Shown here piece by piece: positions 1 to 13,481 of a DNA stretch of 64,000 bases. The stretch is from Chlorokybus atmophyticus (lineage: Eukaryota > Plantae > Mesostigma and Chlorokybus algae). The position numbers were made by a program, and so were the translations under genes. How positions within the stretch are numbered: the stretch's first letter is position 1; each line of letters begins with the position of its first letter. The notes beneath the pieces are model-generated. The model was given only the letters and a program-made list of their open reading frames with translations, did no database searches and was not told the DNA's origin. Location of the stretch: the NCBI GenBank assembly GCA_009103225.1, contig RHPI01003369.1, positions 1,702,017 through 1,766,016 on the forward strand. The letters run 5' to 3'.

Positions 1-390
1 CAGGCCGGCGGCAGTGGGGAAGCTGTTGGAGGAGGCCACGTGAAACTTGAGGTCAGGGCGGCCGGCTCGGGCCCGCAGGGCGTCCAGGCAGGCTCTGTGG
101 CGGGGGTGGGCGGCCATGTCCAGCTCGCCCGACCCAGCCAGCCATATGCGGTCGCTGGAGAAGGAGGCGGAGGCGGTGGCGGACGTTGTGGCGGCCAGGC
201 GGCCTGGGTCCAGCGTCACCGACAGCGACGAGTTCAGCGGCAGCACCAGCTTCTCATCCCGCTTGCCCCAGTACTTGATCACGGCAATGTTCGTCGGACA
301 CCTCACCGTAACCACCTGCAGCTCCTCCTCACCCAGACCAGCGCCGCCATCCACCTCCACGACCGCCGCCGCCACCACCTCCGAGGCCAT
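1..390 (-). CDS. MVD: Diphosphomevalonate decarboxylase, 5' part (runs off the window edge)
   Basis: Manual minus-strand translation from ATG 390: MASEVV...[32 protein letters not shown]...[14 protein letters not shown]. NIAxIKYWGK and the start of the GHMP PTAAGLASSA loop are diagnostic. Not in the ORF track because no stop lies inside the window. Confidence 0.95.
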   Translation of the reverse strand, partial: MASEVVAAAVVEVDGGAGLGEEELQVVTVRCPTNIAVIKYWGKRDEKLVLPLNSSLSVTLDPGRLAATTSATASASFSSDRIWLAGSGELDMAAHPRHRACLDALRARAGRPDLKFHVASSNSFPTAAGL

Positions 391-472
391 GTTGGCGGGA
401 AAGTCACAAGCACTGTTGGGGTCCTCTTCTGGGGTTTTGCAGTCGGGTCCCAAACACCTAACTAAAGAGACC

Positions 473-515
473 CAAATTGGTGGTCAATTGGGTCACCCAA
501 TTGAGCACCAATTTG
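473..515. repeat. Near-perfect 43-bp palindrome (21-bp arms, 1 mismatch, 1-nt loop) in the MVD/LeuRS intergenic spacer
   Basis: caaattggtggtcaattgggt-c-acccaattgagcaccaatttg; the reverse complement of the right arm differs from the left arm only at position 483. Confidence 0.9.
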
Positions 516-704
516 CACCCAGATATAGGGCTTCACTGTTGCTGAACACTTAGTTCACAAGGTTCAATGTTTTAGTAATCCAGCTGCACCTGTGCGTGTG
601 GCCTGCATTGGAGCTACGTGGAGGCGTTGTCGGGCTGCTGGCGGCGGCGGGGGAGTGTGGTGGGGGTGGTGGCGCTGGGGGTATTGCCAGCGCCCTGCTG
701 CAAC

Positions 705-2396
705 ATGGGCGGGGCAATGGCTACCGCTGCAGCCATGCCGCAATGCGTGCATTTGGCCGCAGCTGCCGCCGCAGTGCGGTCCTCCAGGACTGCCGCCCAG
801 GGGGTGACCAGGCCGGCGGCGGGCGCATTGCTCAGAGCACGCCGGAGTTTGCGGTGTCAACACCAGCACCGTCGCTTACCCTTCTCAGTGCACGCTTCAG
901 CCGCTGCTTCCTCGTCGTCACAAGTAAGCATGAGCGGCTTTGCCACCTTTGCACCATACACGCAATGCTGCTTGCCTATCACTTATCATACTGATTCACC
1001 TTAGCATGCTTGTTGGTGCAATGTGTGCACCGTTTGATGCGACTTGCTGCGTCATTGTCAACATTCCGTATACCTCACACTCGCGCTGTATGCACTAGAC
1101 TGCTTCACAATTCTCAGCTGTCAAGTACAGTGCACTTGGGTTGGCTCAGGGCACGGTTTTGTAATCACATCATAAGATAGCAGCTTGAAGCACGGGTTAA
1201 GGTCACAATTTGACAGTTGCGTCTACCACATGTGTCCATTGTTTGTCCTTGATATGGCATGCGTCAAGCCAACCACTTGGTGCGCTAATGAACTCAGGTT
1301 CTGTACTATAATCTGTGTATTTGTTGTAATGCAGTGGCAGCCATGCTCGTCAAGCTTGTAACAGTCTCTGCATGCATGCATTGTCCGCATACTGGTTGTA
1401 CTGAAAGCTGCTTGATGAATGAGGCCAACAGTTGCATTTGTGCAGGCTGGTGTGCTTGACGAACCAGCTGTCACGCCCGCCTCTTCACCATCTGGTTCGT
1501 CAGTGAGCCGTGCATACCCCTTTACAGATATTGAAGGCAAATGGCAGGACTACTGGGACAGGCACAAGACTTTTTGTACGCCCCGCGCACCCGACACCAC
1601 GCGACCCAAGTTCTATGCCCTCGACATGTTCCCGTACCCAAGCGGTGCTGGCCTGCACGTCGGCCACCCAGAGGGCTACACCGCCACGGACATCATCTCG
1701 CGGTACAAGCGTATGCGCGGGTTCAACGTGCTGCACCCTATGGGCTGGGACGCTTTTGGCCTTCCGGCTGAGCAATACGCACTGGAGGTAAGGTCTGACA
1801 AAATTGGTTGAGCTGTCCTTTGGATTGGTATGGAAGAAAATACACACACAACAGCATGCTTGCTGGACAAGGACGCAGTCAGTGTTGCATGTGACTGTCA
1901 GTGATGCACAAGGGGGCATGAACGCTCACACAGCTGCATGCGTACCATGCACAGGGCTTGTTACTGTAACATCAGCTCGTTCTGCCTGTGTTGTTGTTGA
2001 TATAAGTACGAAGCTTGTCAATTGTAGGCTGGGTATCCCAGACTAAGAGCATTGCTGTACACGGTGCATTGCTGTAACACAGATGAGTGTTATGTATGTA
2101 AGAGCATATCGCATAGCGCCCATGGTGCAATGTATGCCATATTCAAACTTGCCATGCTACTGCTTGGAGTAGCGTACCCACCATCCCTGGGGGGGAGAGG
2201 GGGGGGGGGGGGNNNNNNNNNNNNNNNNNNNNNNNNNNNNNNNNNNNNNNNNNNNNNNNNNNNNNNNNNNNNNNNNNNNNNNNNNNNNNNNNNNNNNNNN
2301 NNNNNNNNNNNNNNNNNNNNNNNNNNNNNNNNNNNNNNNNNNNNNNNNNNNNNNNNNNNNNNNNNNNNNNNNNNNNNNNNNNNNNNNNNNNNNNNN

Positions 2397-2474
<78 letters not shown>

Positions 2475-5400
2475 TATGGTAGCTGCGTGATGTGTGAATG
2501 TTGTGCCCTTGTTAATGGAGCAGCATCGTAGCATTGTACCAAACAACATAGGGTGTTACTCCAATCGTATTGTACAGTACATCAACAGTCGCTGTGTGAT
2601 GTGGTTTAATTTATTGTTATGGTAAAGTACTGGTATTGGAGAGAAGTATTAGTGGTGAGGCCATTGGCGCATGCTTCTGTGTTTTCAGTACATTACTGGC
2701 TGCCCGTTTCTTGTCTTACCACAATCTTGCGCACTGCAGACAGGAACGCATCCAGCGGTCACAACTGCAAAGAACATCAACCGCTTCAAGCAGCAGGTAC
2801 GCCAAAGGTTGTTGGTTTTGTGGATGACATTGCGATAGCATCCGCATGCCGTTGCCGAGATGGCGTGACGCTGTTCCCGCAGAAGAAAGGCATGACACAC
2901 ATGCACAACAACAACGTTGATGGATGACACCGCCGGCGCTGCTGTGCAGCTCAAGTCTCTGGGGTTCTCTTACGATTGGGACCGGGAGATATCCACCACG
3001 GACGAGGACTACTACAAGTGGACGCAGTGGATCTTCCTGCGGTTGTTTCACCGAGGCCTCGCCTATCAGGCCGAAGCCGCTGTCAACTGGTGTCCCGCGC
3101 TCGGGACCGTGCTCGCCAATGAGGAGGTGGTTGATGGCTTGAGCGAACGAGGTGGACACCCTGTCATTCGCAAGCCTATGAAGCAGTGGATGCTGCGCAT
3201 CACCGCCTATGCCGATCGCCTCCTGGACGACCTCGACATTGTTGATTGGCCCGATAGCATCAAGGAGATGCAGCGCAACTGGATTGGCCGCTCAGAGGGA
3301 GCTGAGCTGTCGTTCGCTGTTGAAGGTCATGACTCTGTTGGTGTCAATGTGTTCACAACGCGTCCCGACACATTATTTGGAGCCACGTAAGAACCTTCCA
3401 GTGGTTGGGTCATACTTTGTTGGTTATCAGGTGGTTGTTACAGGCATTCATGAGCGTGGTGTTGCAGGTATCTGGTATTATCACCTGAGCACACCTTGGT
3501 TAGAGAAATCACCACGCCAGAACAGAAACAGCAGGTTCGTCTGATTGAGTGAGAAATGGCGCAAACGTATATACCATTTGTATGTACTTCTGTGGTGACA
3601 AGTCACATTGTCATGCAGGTGGAAGAGTATGTGGCCGCTGCTGGATTCAAGAGTGACCTAGAACGCACCGAGCTGCAGAAAGAGAAGACTGGCGTTGCAA
3701 CGGGAGCATACGCCATCAACCCTGTCACAGGCAGCCGCGTGCCCATCTGGGTTGCAGACTACGTCCTTGCAAGGTGCGCACAGCACACTAGACCGTTGGC
3801 GATAAGTGTAATGTGGATGCACTTATGTGCATTGAACCTTTGTGGGGATTCTGTTACAAATCACAAATCTTACAACTAACTCTGAGCCTTGGGCAGTTAT
3901 GGCACAGGGGCGATCATGGCAGTTCCTGCACATGACTCTCGAGATCACGAGTTTGCACACATGTTCGGTTTAGAGATTACAACCGTTGTAAAGCCCGAGG
4001 ATGGAGAGCTGCCTGAAGACGAGGCATACTCTGGAGAAGGTGTCATGGTGAACTCTGCTTCAACCACCACTGGCCTGGACATCAACGGGAAGTCCAATAA
4101 GGAGGCTGCCTCGTTGGTGATTGACTGGCTGGAAGGTGAGTCCAACACAAAGTTGCGGCTTGTCACTGTTGCGGTGATGTTCATTGACCACATGTGTATC
4201 AGGTGTGGGCATTGGCCAACGCAAGATCAACTACAAGTTGCGCGACTGGTTGTTTGCTCGGCAACGGTATTGGGGAGAGCCGTTCCCGATCATGTACATG
4301 GATGGCTCCAGCGAGCCCGTTGCACTGCCGGAGTCTGAGTTGCCGTTAACTCTGCCTTCAACGGATGTGTTCAAGCCCGCCGGCACAGGCGAAAGCCCGC
4401 TCGCAGCCATACCGGAGTGGGTGAACACAGTGGACCCAACATCCGGCAAGCCAGCTCGCCGCGAAACCAACACCATGCCTCAGTGGGCCGGCTCGTGTTG
4501 GTATTACCTTCGTTTCATGGACTCGAAGAACCCCGATTGCCCGGTGGACCCCGAGTTGGAGCGCTACTGGGGCCCTGTGGACTTGTATGTTGGTGGAGCC
4601 GAGCACTCGGTCCTGCACTTGTTGTACGCGCGCTTCTGGCATAAGGTGCTCTACGACGATGGCGTCGTGTCCACCAAAGAGCCGTTCTACCGGCTCGTCA
4701 ATCAAGGCATGATCCTCGGTGAGGTGGAGTACACGGCTTACACGGATGGGTCGGGTGTGTATGTTGCACCCGGCACGCCTGGCGCGAAGGCGGTCTCATT
4801 GACGGAAGAGCAGGTTGTTAAGAAAGGGGATGGGTGGGTTGTGAAGGACGAGCCTTCTGTGCGCGTGCAAGCGCGAGCTCATAAGATGAGCAAGAGCCGA
4901 GGCAATGTTGTCAACCCGGATGAAGTGGTGTTTCAGTATGGCGCTGACTCACTACGACTCTACGAGATGTTCATGGGGCCACTTCGGGACACCAAAACGT
5001 GGTCAACCAGAGGCGTGGAGGGCGTTCATCGGTTCCTTGCACGTGCGTGGCGCCTCATCACTGAGTTGGGTCTCACTGATGATGCACCGACTAACGAGCA
5101 GTTGAGAGTGTTGCACACGACAATTCAGCGGGTGAGTACCTTAATCGTGTTCCTGATTGTTATATTGTGAGTGCACTTTAACGCTTCCTTTTGCAGGTAA
5201 CTGAGGATACAGAGGAGATGCGATTTAATACGGCGATCTCTGCAATGATGGAGTTCATTAATGCGTCTTACAAGGTATGCGTCTCCATATTGTAACTGTC
5301 ACGAGTGCAGTTCATGCAAATGTTCTGTCTCTGCTGACACCACATTCTGTGGCAGTGGGATACTCGGCCACGCGACGTGGTGGCGCCCTTTGTGCTGCTC

Positions 5401-5888
5401 CTGTCACCTTACGCTCCCCATATAGCTGAAGAACTGTGGGAGCGGCTTGGCAACAGTAAAAGCCTAGCCTACCACCCATGGCCAGAGGTGCGAAAGATGC
5501 ATGCTTTGTTTAACATCATATGCGCTGCACAACAATTGCACAAGTTATAATTCATTGTGTACCACATGCACGTGTCAAGTAACCCTGCGGTTAAATCTTA
5601 ATGTGTGCACAGTGCAAGTCTGTGATATTGGTGACCCTTTGCATGAGCTCTGACTGCAAGCGGGTTCAATAGGCCGATGCGACGTACCTTAAGACGGAGG
5701 AGATTCAGCTCCCTGTCCAGGTCAATGGCAAGATGCGCGGCCTTGTGAGCATCAGCGTGGATGCCGACCAGCAGGCAGCTGTTGCTGCTGCCCTAGCGGA
5801 AGCTAAGATAGCTAAGTTTGTTGAGGGCAAGGAAGTGCGGAAACAGATTTTTGTGCCCGGCAAGATGTTGAACTTGATTGTGAAGTAA
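705..5888 (+). CDS. leuS: Leucyl-tRNA synthetase, bacterial-type organellar (plastid/mitochondrial), 11 exons
   Basis: Ala/Arg/Ser-rich transit peptide exon 705-923; [14 protein letters not shown] (HIGH), [55 protein letters not shown]-terminal VQVNGK. Exons join at GT-AG sites (approx. 1446-1787, 2740-2796, 2950-3386, 3468-3534, 3619-3773, 3897-4136, 4203-5131, 5197-5274, 5356-5487, 5673-5888). Confidence 0.96.
2189..2472. other. Assembly gap (N 2213-2396) flanked by poly-G, inside LeuRS intron 2
   Basis: 184 Ns with G runs on both sides (76 G at 2397-2472). Confidence 0.95.
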
Positions 5889-6682
5889 GCACAATCTGTG
5901 AGAGCACAAGCGTTCTGGGCTGTGCGTGCAAGGCGCTGGTGCTGCCGTGCCGGCCTCCACTTGCAATGGCGATGTTGTATGTGGTATGCGTGATATGTCA
6001 CATACGGTATTCATTGTGCATGTACAGATAGCAGGCAGCTGGCAGCCTAGGCATGAGCACACAATGAATACGTGGAACACAATGAACAGAGACTCTGTGT
6101 CACAGAGTCTGTGTCACAGAGGGGCCTAGCCTAGACCATGTGCATGCATGCCAAGCCTTAACCCAACACCCCGCAGTGGCGAGCTGCAGGACTATGACAG
6201 CATAAAGTCGATAGTGAATGCACCCGTGAAAGGTTTCTTGGAGTCGAGTCTGCACCACACATCTATCGGGGTTGCCGCTGCAGCACCCCACCCCCTCAAA
6301 GACATGACGAAACATTGCAAAGACGGTGAAGTATGGTCACAGTGCGTGAGGTATCAGCGGGTTTGCACATTCAAGCATAATTTTGTTCAAGCTATGGGTG
6401 CATTGATTCGCACAGTGTATGAGGAAGGTCATAGCAAATGCAGTTGTTGTGTCTTGTGCGGAGGAGAATGTTCACCACCAGCGCGTTGTGGTATGGTCCG
6501 CACCCTACATGTATCATACCATCATGCGGGCATCTATACCATGAGGGGACGCACGTGCATGCATGTGCCCTCATGTATGCTATGCTATGCTGTGTATGTT
6601 CATGCTATGCTATGCTATGCTATGCATGCTTCATTGACATGTTGGCCATGCCTCTACCATAAAGGGTGTTTTCTACATTACA

Positions 6683-6870
6683 CCCCCCCCCCCCNNNNNN
6701 NNNNNNNNNNNNNNNNNNNNNNNNNNNNNNNNNNNNNNNNNNNNNNNNNNNNNNNNNNNNNNNNNNNNNNNNNNNNNNNNNNNNNNNNNNNNNNNNNNNN
6801 NNNNNNNNNNNNNNNNNNNNNNNNNNNNNNNNNNNNNNNNNNNNNNNNNNNNNNNNNNNNNNNNNNNNNN
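6683..6870. other. Assembly gap (N 6695-6870) preceded by poly-C
   Basis: 176 Ns after a 12-C run. Confidence 0.95.
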
Positions 6871-7641
6871 CACCCACCCACACGCGCTCACCGGGGATGC
6901 AGTCGCTCATTAACGCCTGCCCTGCGTGCTCACTTTCATGTTTGCTTGCTTGCGAGCCCCGATTGCCAGCACACCTCAAAGCGCGGGATAAAAGGACTGC
7001 AGACCACAGTGACTAGTTGCCCGCATGGCAGCTGGACTCGCTGTGGGCGCTTGTGTGTAGGTGAGCCCGTGGCACTACCTACTGCTTGCGACTGCCAGTG
7101 GATGCGCTGAGGGGCCCAGCGCATCATTGCCTTGGCGTACTTGCGGTTTGCCTACCTGCCTGTTTACCTCAAACTACCTTGCCAATCGTGCTGGCTGTGT
7201 GTGTGGTGTGCGGTGGTGGTGATTGTTGCTTGCATAAACTTTGATTGTCGCATCACTAGTCCTCCAGTCCTACCACGTTCTTTGCCTATAGAGTTACAAC
7301 TTACTGCATCACCACCTACAATCTCTGCATGCTGTCTTGAACTGGTTTCATTATTCAAGGATTCGTATCATTAGCAGGGCTGCAACAGGCAGTTCCTGTA
7401 GCCGGTTCCCTTTGCATGCTTGAACCAGCATGCAAAAGGAACCAGATACGAGCACAAACACAGGACAACCTGGCCAAACCACATAGACAACCACCTTTTG
7501 GTCCGCTTTATGCATTTCAAAAGAATCAGCTTGATTACTGACTAGTGGCTACCATAACACACTCAGATACAGAAAGTGTACCTACGCAATGCTATGGATA
7601 CTCTCATAGTATGTACAACCTAACGCACGCCCACACCAATG

Positions 7642-9332
7642 CTATCTGTTGGGCTGTGGTGCATATGGACGTGCAGGTGGCGGTGGCCCAAAGCCCGGGG
7701 GCGGTGGTTGTTGGTGGTACTGAGGTACAGGGAAATGGTACAGCTGGCCAGGAGGTGGAGGCTGGTAGGTGCCAGGTGGTGCAGTAGGATCTATTGGCGG
7801 GCGCGAGCCCATCAGGTCCGGTGCCATCGACGGGTAATAGGCCTGGTGGGGGGCGCTTGGCGCTGGCAGGTTGAAGTAGTTATAACCGGGATGATGGGGT
7901 GCTGCTTGACCAGATGTGCTCGCCTGTTCTTGCACCGGCGCCGGCTGCACAGGCCTGGGCGCATGATCCTGATGATGCTGGTTCTGCTGTGGCCTGCCCC
8001 ACAGTACCTTCAACCGGTGGCCTTTGATAACCAACTTGTGCACCTCCTTGCTGGCGGCCTGCTCAGCTGCTTCGCGTGTGGCAAATGTGACGAACGCGCA
8101 GCTGCTGCGTGGCACGATGCGCACGGAGGAGACCTCACCATACATATAGAATTTGTCTCTGATGTCCTCCTCTTTAATGCTGGGATCAACACCGCCTATG
8201 AACAATGTTGTGATGGCTGTATCTTCAGGTGGTTCCAAAACTGACAACTCGCCAACTTTCCTGAGCATCTTGTTGGCAACTGGATCATTGATGCCGTAAT
8301 AGCGATCCTTCAGATTCTGCTGTGACAACTCGCCAGTCTCCGGCAACTCGTGCCGATATGGGCACTCATCACCTCTTGTGCACGTGCCTTTCACAAAGAA
8401 GCTGCAGATGTGGGCGCGATTTCGCTGCATACCACAAGAAGTCAGATAATCCGTTTGCAGCTGCAAGCATGATACTGCCAGCATCTACATCCCATGCACT
8501 GCGCATCCATATTTGATTATAGCATACTCAACAACTGCAACAGATCTAGCACCAAATACATCAAACAAACTTGCCAGCGCAAACCACGTCGACTGGCAAT
8601 ATCCAGCGCTCTCTAACTGTGCTATATATCTGCAAAAGCTACGACCACGTTTTCAGCTGTCAATGCATACTACACAATGGGGCGTGGAGACTTGAGAAGC
8701 AACACCATTAGTTAATTGATGGAGACTATTCAATATACCCGACAACACTAGAGGCATCCAAGCAGCAATTCGCAGCTGTTAACACTGGGTTGAGTGGATT
8801 TGACACTGCCCACGACAGCAAACCAGCACTAGAGGTTTTCATGCAAATGCATAATCACCTTGTAGTAGGGCGTTGTGCGCTGCAGTTTGAGGATGGTGTC
8901 GGAGGGAGCCATTTTGCCGTAGGGCACATCGTCCAGGCCAAGGGCAGCCTGCCGGTCTGCCCGTTCAGCAAAAAACTCCCTGTTGACGTCCGACTTGGGA
9001 ATGACGGCGTGGGTGGCGGCGGCGGCGCCCATGCCCTGGTCGATGACTTGGACGGGCAGGCCATAGCGCAGGTCCAGCAAGCAGACCTGGCAGACGTTCT
9101 TGGCCTTGGCGCAAGTTTGACAAACCTCCGTCTTCTTGTAGCGGGCGTCCCTGGCGGCGCCCGGCCTCCACCTGAACACTGTGAACGGCCTGGAGCACAC
9201 CTTGCACTCCTTGTCGTAGTCCGCCTTCATCATCCGCACGTACGGGTTGTTCCCCAGACACGACTCACACACCACCGGGAAGTCCGACCTCTCCCATCCC
9301 TCTGCCTCCAGATCCCGCGTAGCGAACGACAT
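7642..9332 (-). CDS. RBM22: Pre-mRNA splicing factor RBM22/Cwc2/Slt11 (N-terminal Zn-binding domain, CCCH finger, RRM, Pro-rich tail), 2 exons
   Basis: WERSDFPVVCESCLGNNPYVRM...CQTCAKAKNVCQVCLLDL; TTPYYK|RNRAHICSFFVKGTCTRGDECPYRHE across a GT-AG intron (8425-8858); RRM TLFIGG...CAFVTF. Confidence 0.94.
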
Positions 9333-9419
9333 CTTTACCACGCCTCGAACCCCGCCTCCGCCCTCGCCCGCACCCTCACCACCTCCGCCGCCGCCCAGCG
9401 GTTGCGCTTGGCAGAGAAG

Positions 9420-9429
9420 TAAACCCTAA
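9420..9429. promoter_or_regulatory. Telo-box (AAACCCTAA) upstream of RBM22
   Basis: taaaccctaa about 90 bp upstream of the ATG, followed by several ACGT/GTCACG motifs (9443-9485). Confidence 0.5.
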
Positions 9430-12396
9430 TTGCTGAAGTGCGCGTCACGCTTGGACGTGATGTCACGGTGCAAAGTCGTGACGTGCTCTTCCTCTGCCCC
9501 TGCCGGAAACCGCGGAAGCTTCCAGCTTCTTCCGACAACCCAATGAGCTTAGGCAGCTTCATACGCAGCTTATCAGGCTGCATGGAAGCCCTAACCGAGG
9601 GCCCGTACTCCAAGGAACAAGTAATCGTCATCAGGTACGGTAATAATTGAGCCGGGAATACAAGCAGATGCCAGGCAATAATACAGAACAACTGTGCAAC
9701 TATTCATTTATAGACATCTGCTAGTATTGCAATTCTTGATGTGATTAACATTATTAAGTCGTATTGAAATTGTCGATGGTCTCCCTCGCTACTTTTTACT
9801 TGATTTTAATGTTGCCTATTTTAACGTACATACGCTTTCCACTGAACGTACGCATCATATGTATGTTGCGTCGCCATGCTCGTCACGAGCATAATGCCGG
9901 TCATCATCACATATTGCTGGTATCATCAACATTAACGTGCATACCATTTTGATTCAACGGCAAACCCAGTGTTAATGTAATATGTTGTAGGCACCATAGT
10001 GTATGTATGTAGTTTATGCTACTTTTGCAAAATGCATATATGAGATGCGATTAATGAATCAATTAAACAATGGATCCATAATAAACAATAATAATACACA
10101 AGTTGGTTTTTTGATGACTTTGGCATCGATGCAAACGATCTTACACATCATTATGTTCAATCTTACACACACAAAAACATTGCAAATTTGGTCAAACAAC
10201 ACACATGGCGTGAAAACATTGTATGTGAAGCGAAGGCACAATCATAGTGTTGTACAGCTCGATTTCAATTGTTATGCGTGGGACTCGAACAAAATATCAT
10301 ATTGTAACTTGCTTAGGGTATGCATCTTAATCATCCCACAAACATGCTCATTTGCAAGTAGTCAACAGATAAGCATAAGCACAAGTACAAGCACCAGCAC
10401 AACTCTTACACCTGGGGCCTTCACCACATACCCGACACCACAATAAGTGCCTTATGTGCAATGCAATGCAAGTGTCAAGCAGCATGAGGCAGCCAACCAT
10501 TGTTAACCAACCTGTGAAGCACAGGCAGTAGGCGAAGGTGAGAAGCGGTAGTGGCGCGCAGCAAGGAAGGAACGAAATGCAAGGCAAGTGCGATGATGTG
10601 CAGTGATGTGCTGCATGCAACCGCCCTCCCATACGTCAACCCCACGTCACGTCAACCCCTGCTTGCTTCTTTCGAAAATAAACGCGTGTAACGTTGGACA
10701 AGCTCAGACCTTGCTTTTCCAGGGAGCTGCATTTGGGGTAAGAGAAGAAAGAAGATGTACGGGAAGAAAGGGAGATGAATTGGTTGTGTGAAGCTTTATG
10801 GCATTGATCAAGTATTAAAAAATTGGTCCGCTATGATGTTATCTTATACATAGCGCGGCGCATTCTGCACAGCACAGCACCCCCACTGTCACGAATTGGG
10901 ATAAATTGTGAAAGACCTCACTCATGGTAGTGTCTTTTACCACCATAGCCTAGTGGTCGGGCCCCAATTGTTACGATGGCATCGGAGCTTGACGTATCAT
11001 GTTCAATTCCCGTAGGGGACTAAGGCAGATCCAAGGCAAAAACAAAAACATTTGGGGCGGCTTGCCCTACGCTGGGAGCGGGATTACGACCTACGCGCCG
11101 AGCTAGTTCAACTTAAGGCCGCGTGAGCGGTCGCGCTGCGATGGCAGGTCGCGCGGTGAGGATGGCCGTTCGGTCGCTCATGACCATGTGTGGGCCGGAT
11201 CCAATACCTTGCTACCTCTTTGACCCTGGCGCTGCTTGCCACATGCTGGTTGGTTGGTTAGTTGGTTGGTTGTGTCTACTGCCTGCTGTCCCACGCCCCT
11301 CAACCCCACACACAAGTAGTGCACATAGACATAGTCTTGTATTCAATATTCAAGTTGCCCCTGCTATATAAAAGTCATTGCTATGCGTGTGCTTGATTCT
11401 GTTGCTTGCCTACGTTAGCTTGCCATTGTGATGCATCTGGCCTATTAATTATTTGATACATACATACATGCACACGCATTGAGTGCGTGTGCATATATGC
11501 TCGTATTTTGTACCATATGAATTCGTATGCAACACAATTGTCATCGACTGGCCGGCATCATTGAACTACATATGGATATGTACGAGCAATGCAAAATGGA
11601 ATTGCACATGCACAGTGGCATGCACAGTCATTAGCACGCAGAGTGGCATAGCGCATACCAACAACACCATTGTCAAGTTGACCACCGGATTCATTCACTA
11701 CCTAGCACGCTACACTACCCCTACCTGTATCTATGCAAAAGGGCTGAAATCGACATCAATAACAACAAGATGCAATTGTAATAAAATGCAACACAATAAA
11801 CATTGTTTGCCGTCCCTGAGTGGTATTGGTATTGCACTGTACATGTGTATAGGATACTTGACATGCTATTAAGTAGTATTGCGATGCTGCATATGAAGTG
11901 GATATGCAACCGCGAGTACCAAGTTCAATTGGGTTATCCTAAGAATTGGTTATCTTAACTTCACAAGCAAGGAATACAACAATCATTACCTTCACTAACT
12001 TGCAGATGCTATACGTCTTGCATGTGACTGTAGTAAGTTTGTCGTATCGCACTCACCCTACACTGTTGTCACACATGCCAAAACGCCTGCTCTAACTCAA
12101 CCAGCGCCGTCATGCAGCGTGATACAATGGGGCGAGTCACTACAACTCTAATTGTAGCCTTAAGACAAGATGACATTGGCGGCATCGCAACTCAACCTGT
12201 GCCACGACACTCAAACAATGTCGATGGACAGGCCTTCCACTTTGGTACGAGTGATACCGAGGATGACCTGTGGGCAAATGCTGGATCCAAACTCTTGAGG
12301 TGTTCGAAGCGCATTTGGGCAAATGCTTTTGGCGACTGCAACATGCATGGCCTTCATGGAGCAACTCACAAGGAGAACAGCTCTCCTTGCGAGTTA

Positions 12397-13087
12397 CTAC
12401 TTCCGCTTAGCTGCACGCTTCCCTTGACCCTTCTTGGGTGCGGCTTTGCCTCGCCGTCTCATTCGCTCAAGGATGGTCAGGCGCCTGCATAACAACAGCG
12501 TGATACCGGCTGCAATGATGATACAGCAACCTTCACCCTGCTTGCCTCTTCTCTCACAACATGCGGTTTGTCAGGACGACTGCATTCAAGTCACTGCAGA
12601 ACAACTCCTAACCGCAAACTACTACAGAAGATTTTGACGAGAGCAACGTAGGACAACTGGTCTCCAGGGAAGTGTGCTGCATGACGTATAATGGCACCGC
12701 CACAAACAATATGACATGGAATGCTATTAGTGCCATCAAGGCGATGGCTGCATGAAGACTTCCATCAAGTACGTCGAGGCATCCAATACAAGCGGGCGTA
12801 ACAAGCGTGCTGCACGACGCTTAATTGCAATCAAGCAGGATTATTAAAGAGCGCCATCAGCTTGCTGAACACCATGCATAGGAATACCTGGACTCTAGCG
12901 GATCTTCATACAGCGGATCATCTTGTTCGATTCCGCGAGGGTAATAGCCCGCAATCTTCCAGCCTACAGGGGACTTCCTCAGCACCTTCCTCCCTGAGGA
13001 CAGACCATTGCCGATGGCGTTGCCGAAGATGGCCGCCGCCGCCGCCGCAAGCTTGGATACCCCGGTAGAAGCCGCAGCGCCACTCAT
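12397..13087 (-). CDS. MRPS33: Mitochondrial small ribosomal subunit protein mS33 (Rsm27 family), 2 exons
   Basis: Exon 1 (13087-12888): IFGNAIGNGLSSGRKVLRKSPVGWKIAGYYP. Exon 2 (12484-12397), found manually: RRLTILERMRRRGKAAPKKGQGKRAAKRK*. GT-AG intron between them. Confidence 0.8.
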
Positions 13088-13481
13088 AGCAATCGAGCAG
13101 CGTTCCCACGCTACCTGCACGCCCAGCAACACGCCAACATCGCCAACACCGCCGCCCAACCTTGGACTAGGGTTGATGAGCTTTTGAACGATTACAAAAG
13201 CTCGCAACCTCTGAACTGAGAGTTTCAGCCAATATGTTTTCAAGAGCTCGGAGATCCAGCTTCTGAGATGCTGAAAGCCGAACCGCTCCGGTCACTGAGC
13301 GCTGCAGCACTCAGTCAAATCGACCAGCCGATCTGTCAAGTATCATGTTTCGGTTACCTGGCATTGAATGACCGATAAGGCAAGCCTCGCCAGCGAGAAA
13401 TTGTTGCTTGGTCCGATGTTTGCAAGCAGCATTGCTGTGAATTCCAATGGGTGCCTTGCCAGCTGGCACTACTTTACGGCA

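Noticed and set aside
40-553. Plus-strand ORFs of 141 and 168 aa
   Set aside because: Antisense shadows of the MVD exon.
2052-2549. Poly-Gly and poly-Pro ORFs
   Set aside because: Produced by G homopolymers around an N gap in a LeuRS intron; length and sequence are unreliable.
6090-6134. Hairpin followed by CTAG as a Helitron 3' end
   Set aside because: Neither CTAG is followed by T, the hairpin is AT-balanced, and no 5' TC end or Rep/helicase remnant was seen.
6148-7110. 320-aa ORF
   Set aside because: Open only because it crosses 176 Ns and (ATGCT)n low-complexity DNA; no domain.
8779-9975. 13-bp inverted repeat ttaacactgggtt ... aacccagtgttaa resembling piggyBac ends with TTAA
   Set aside because: It would enclose RBM22 exon 1, does not extend, and one or two such 13-mers within 2 kb are expected by chance in 64 kb.
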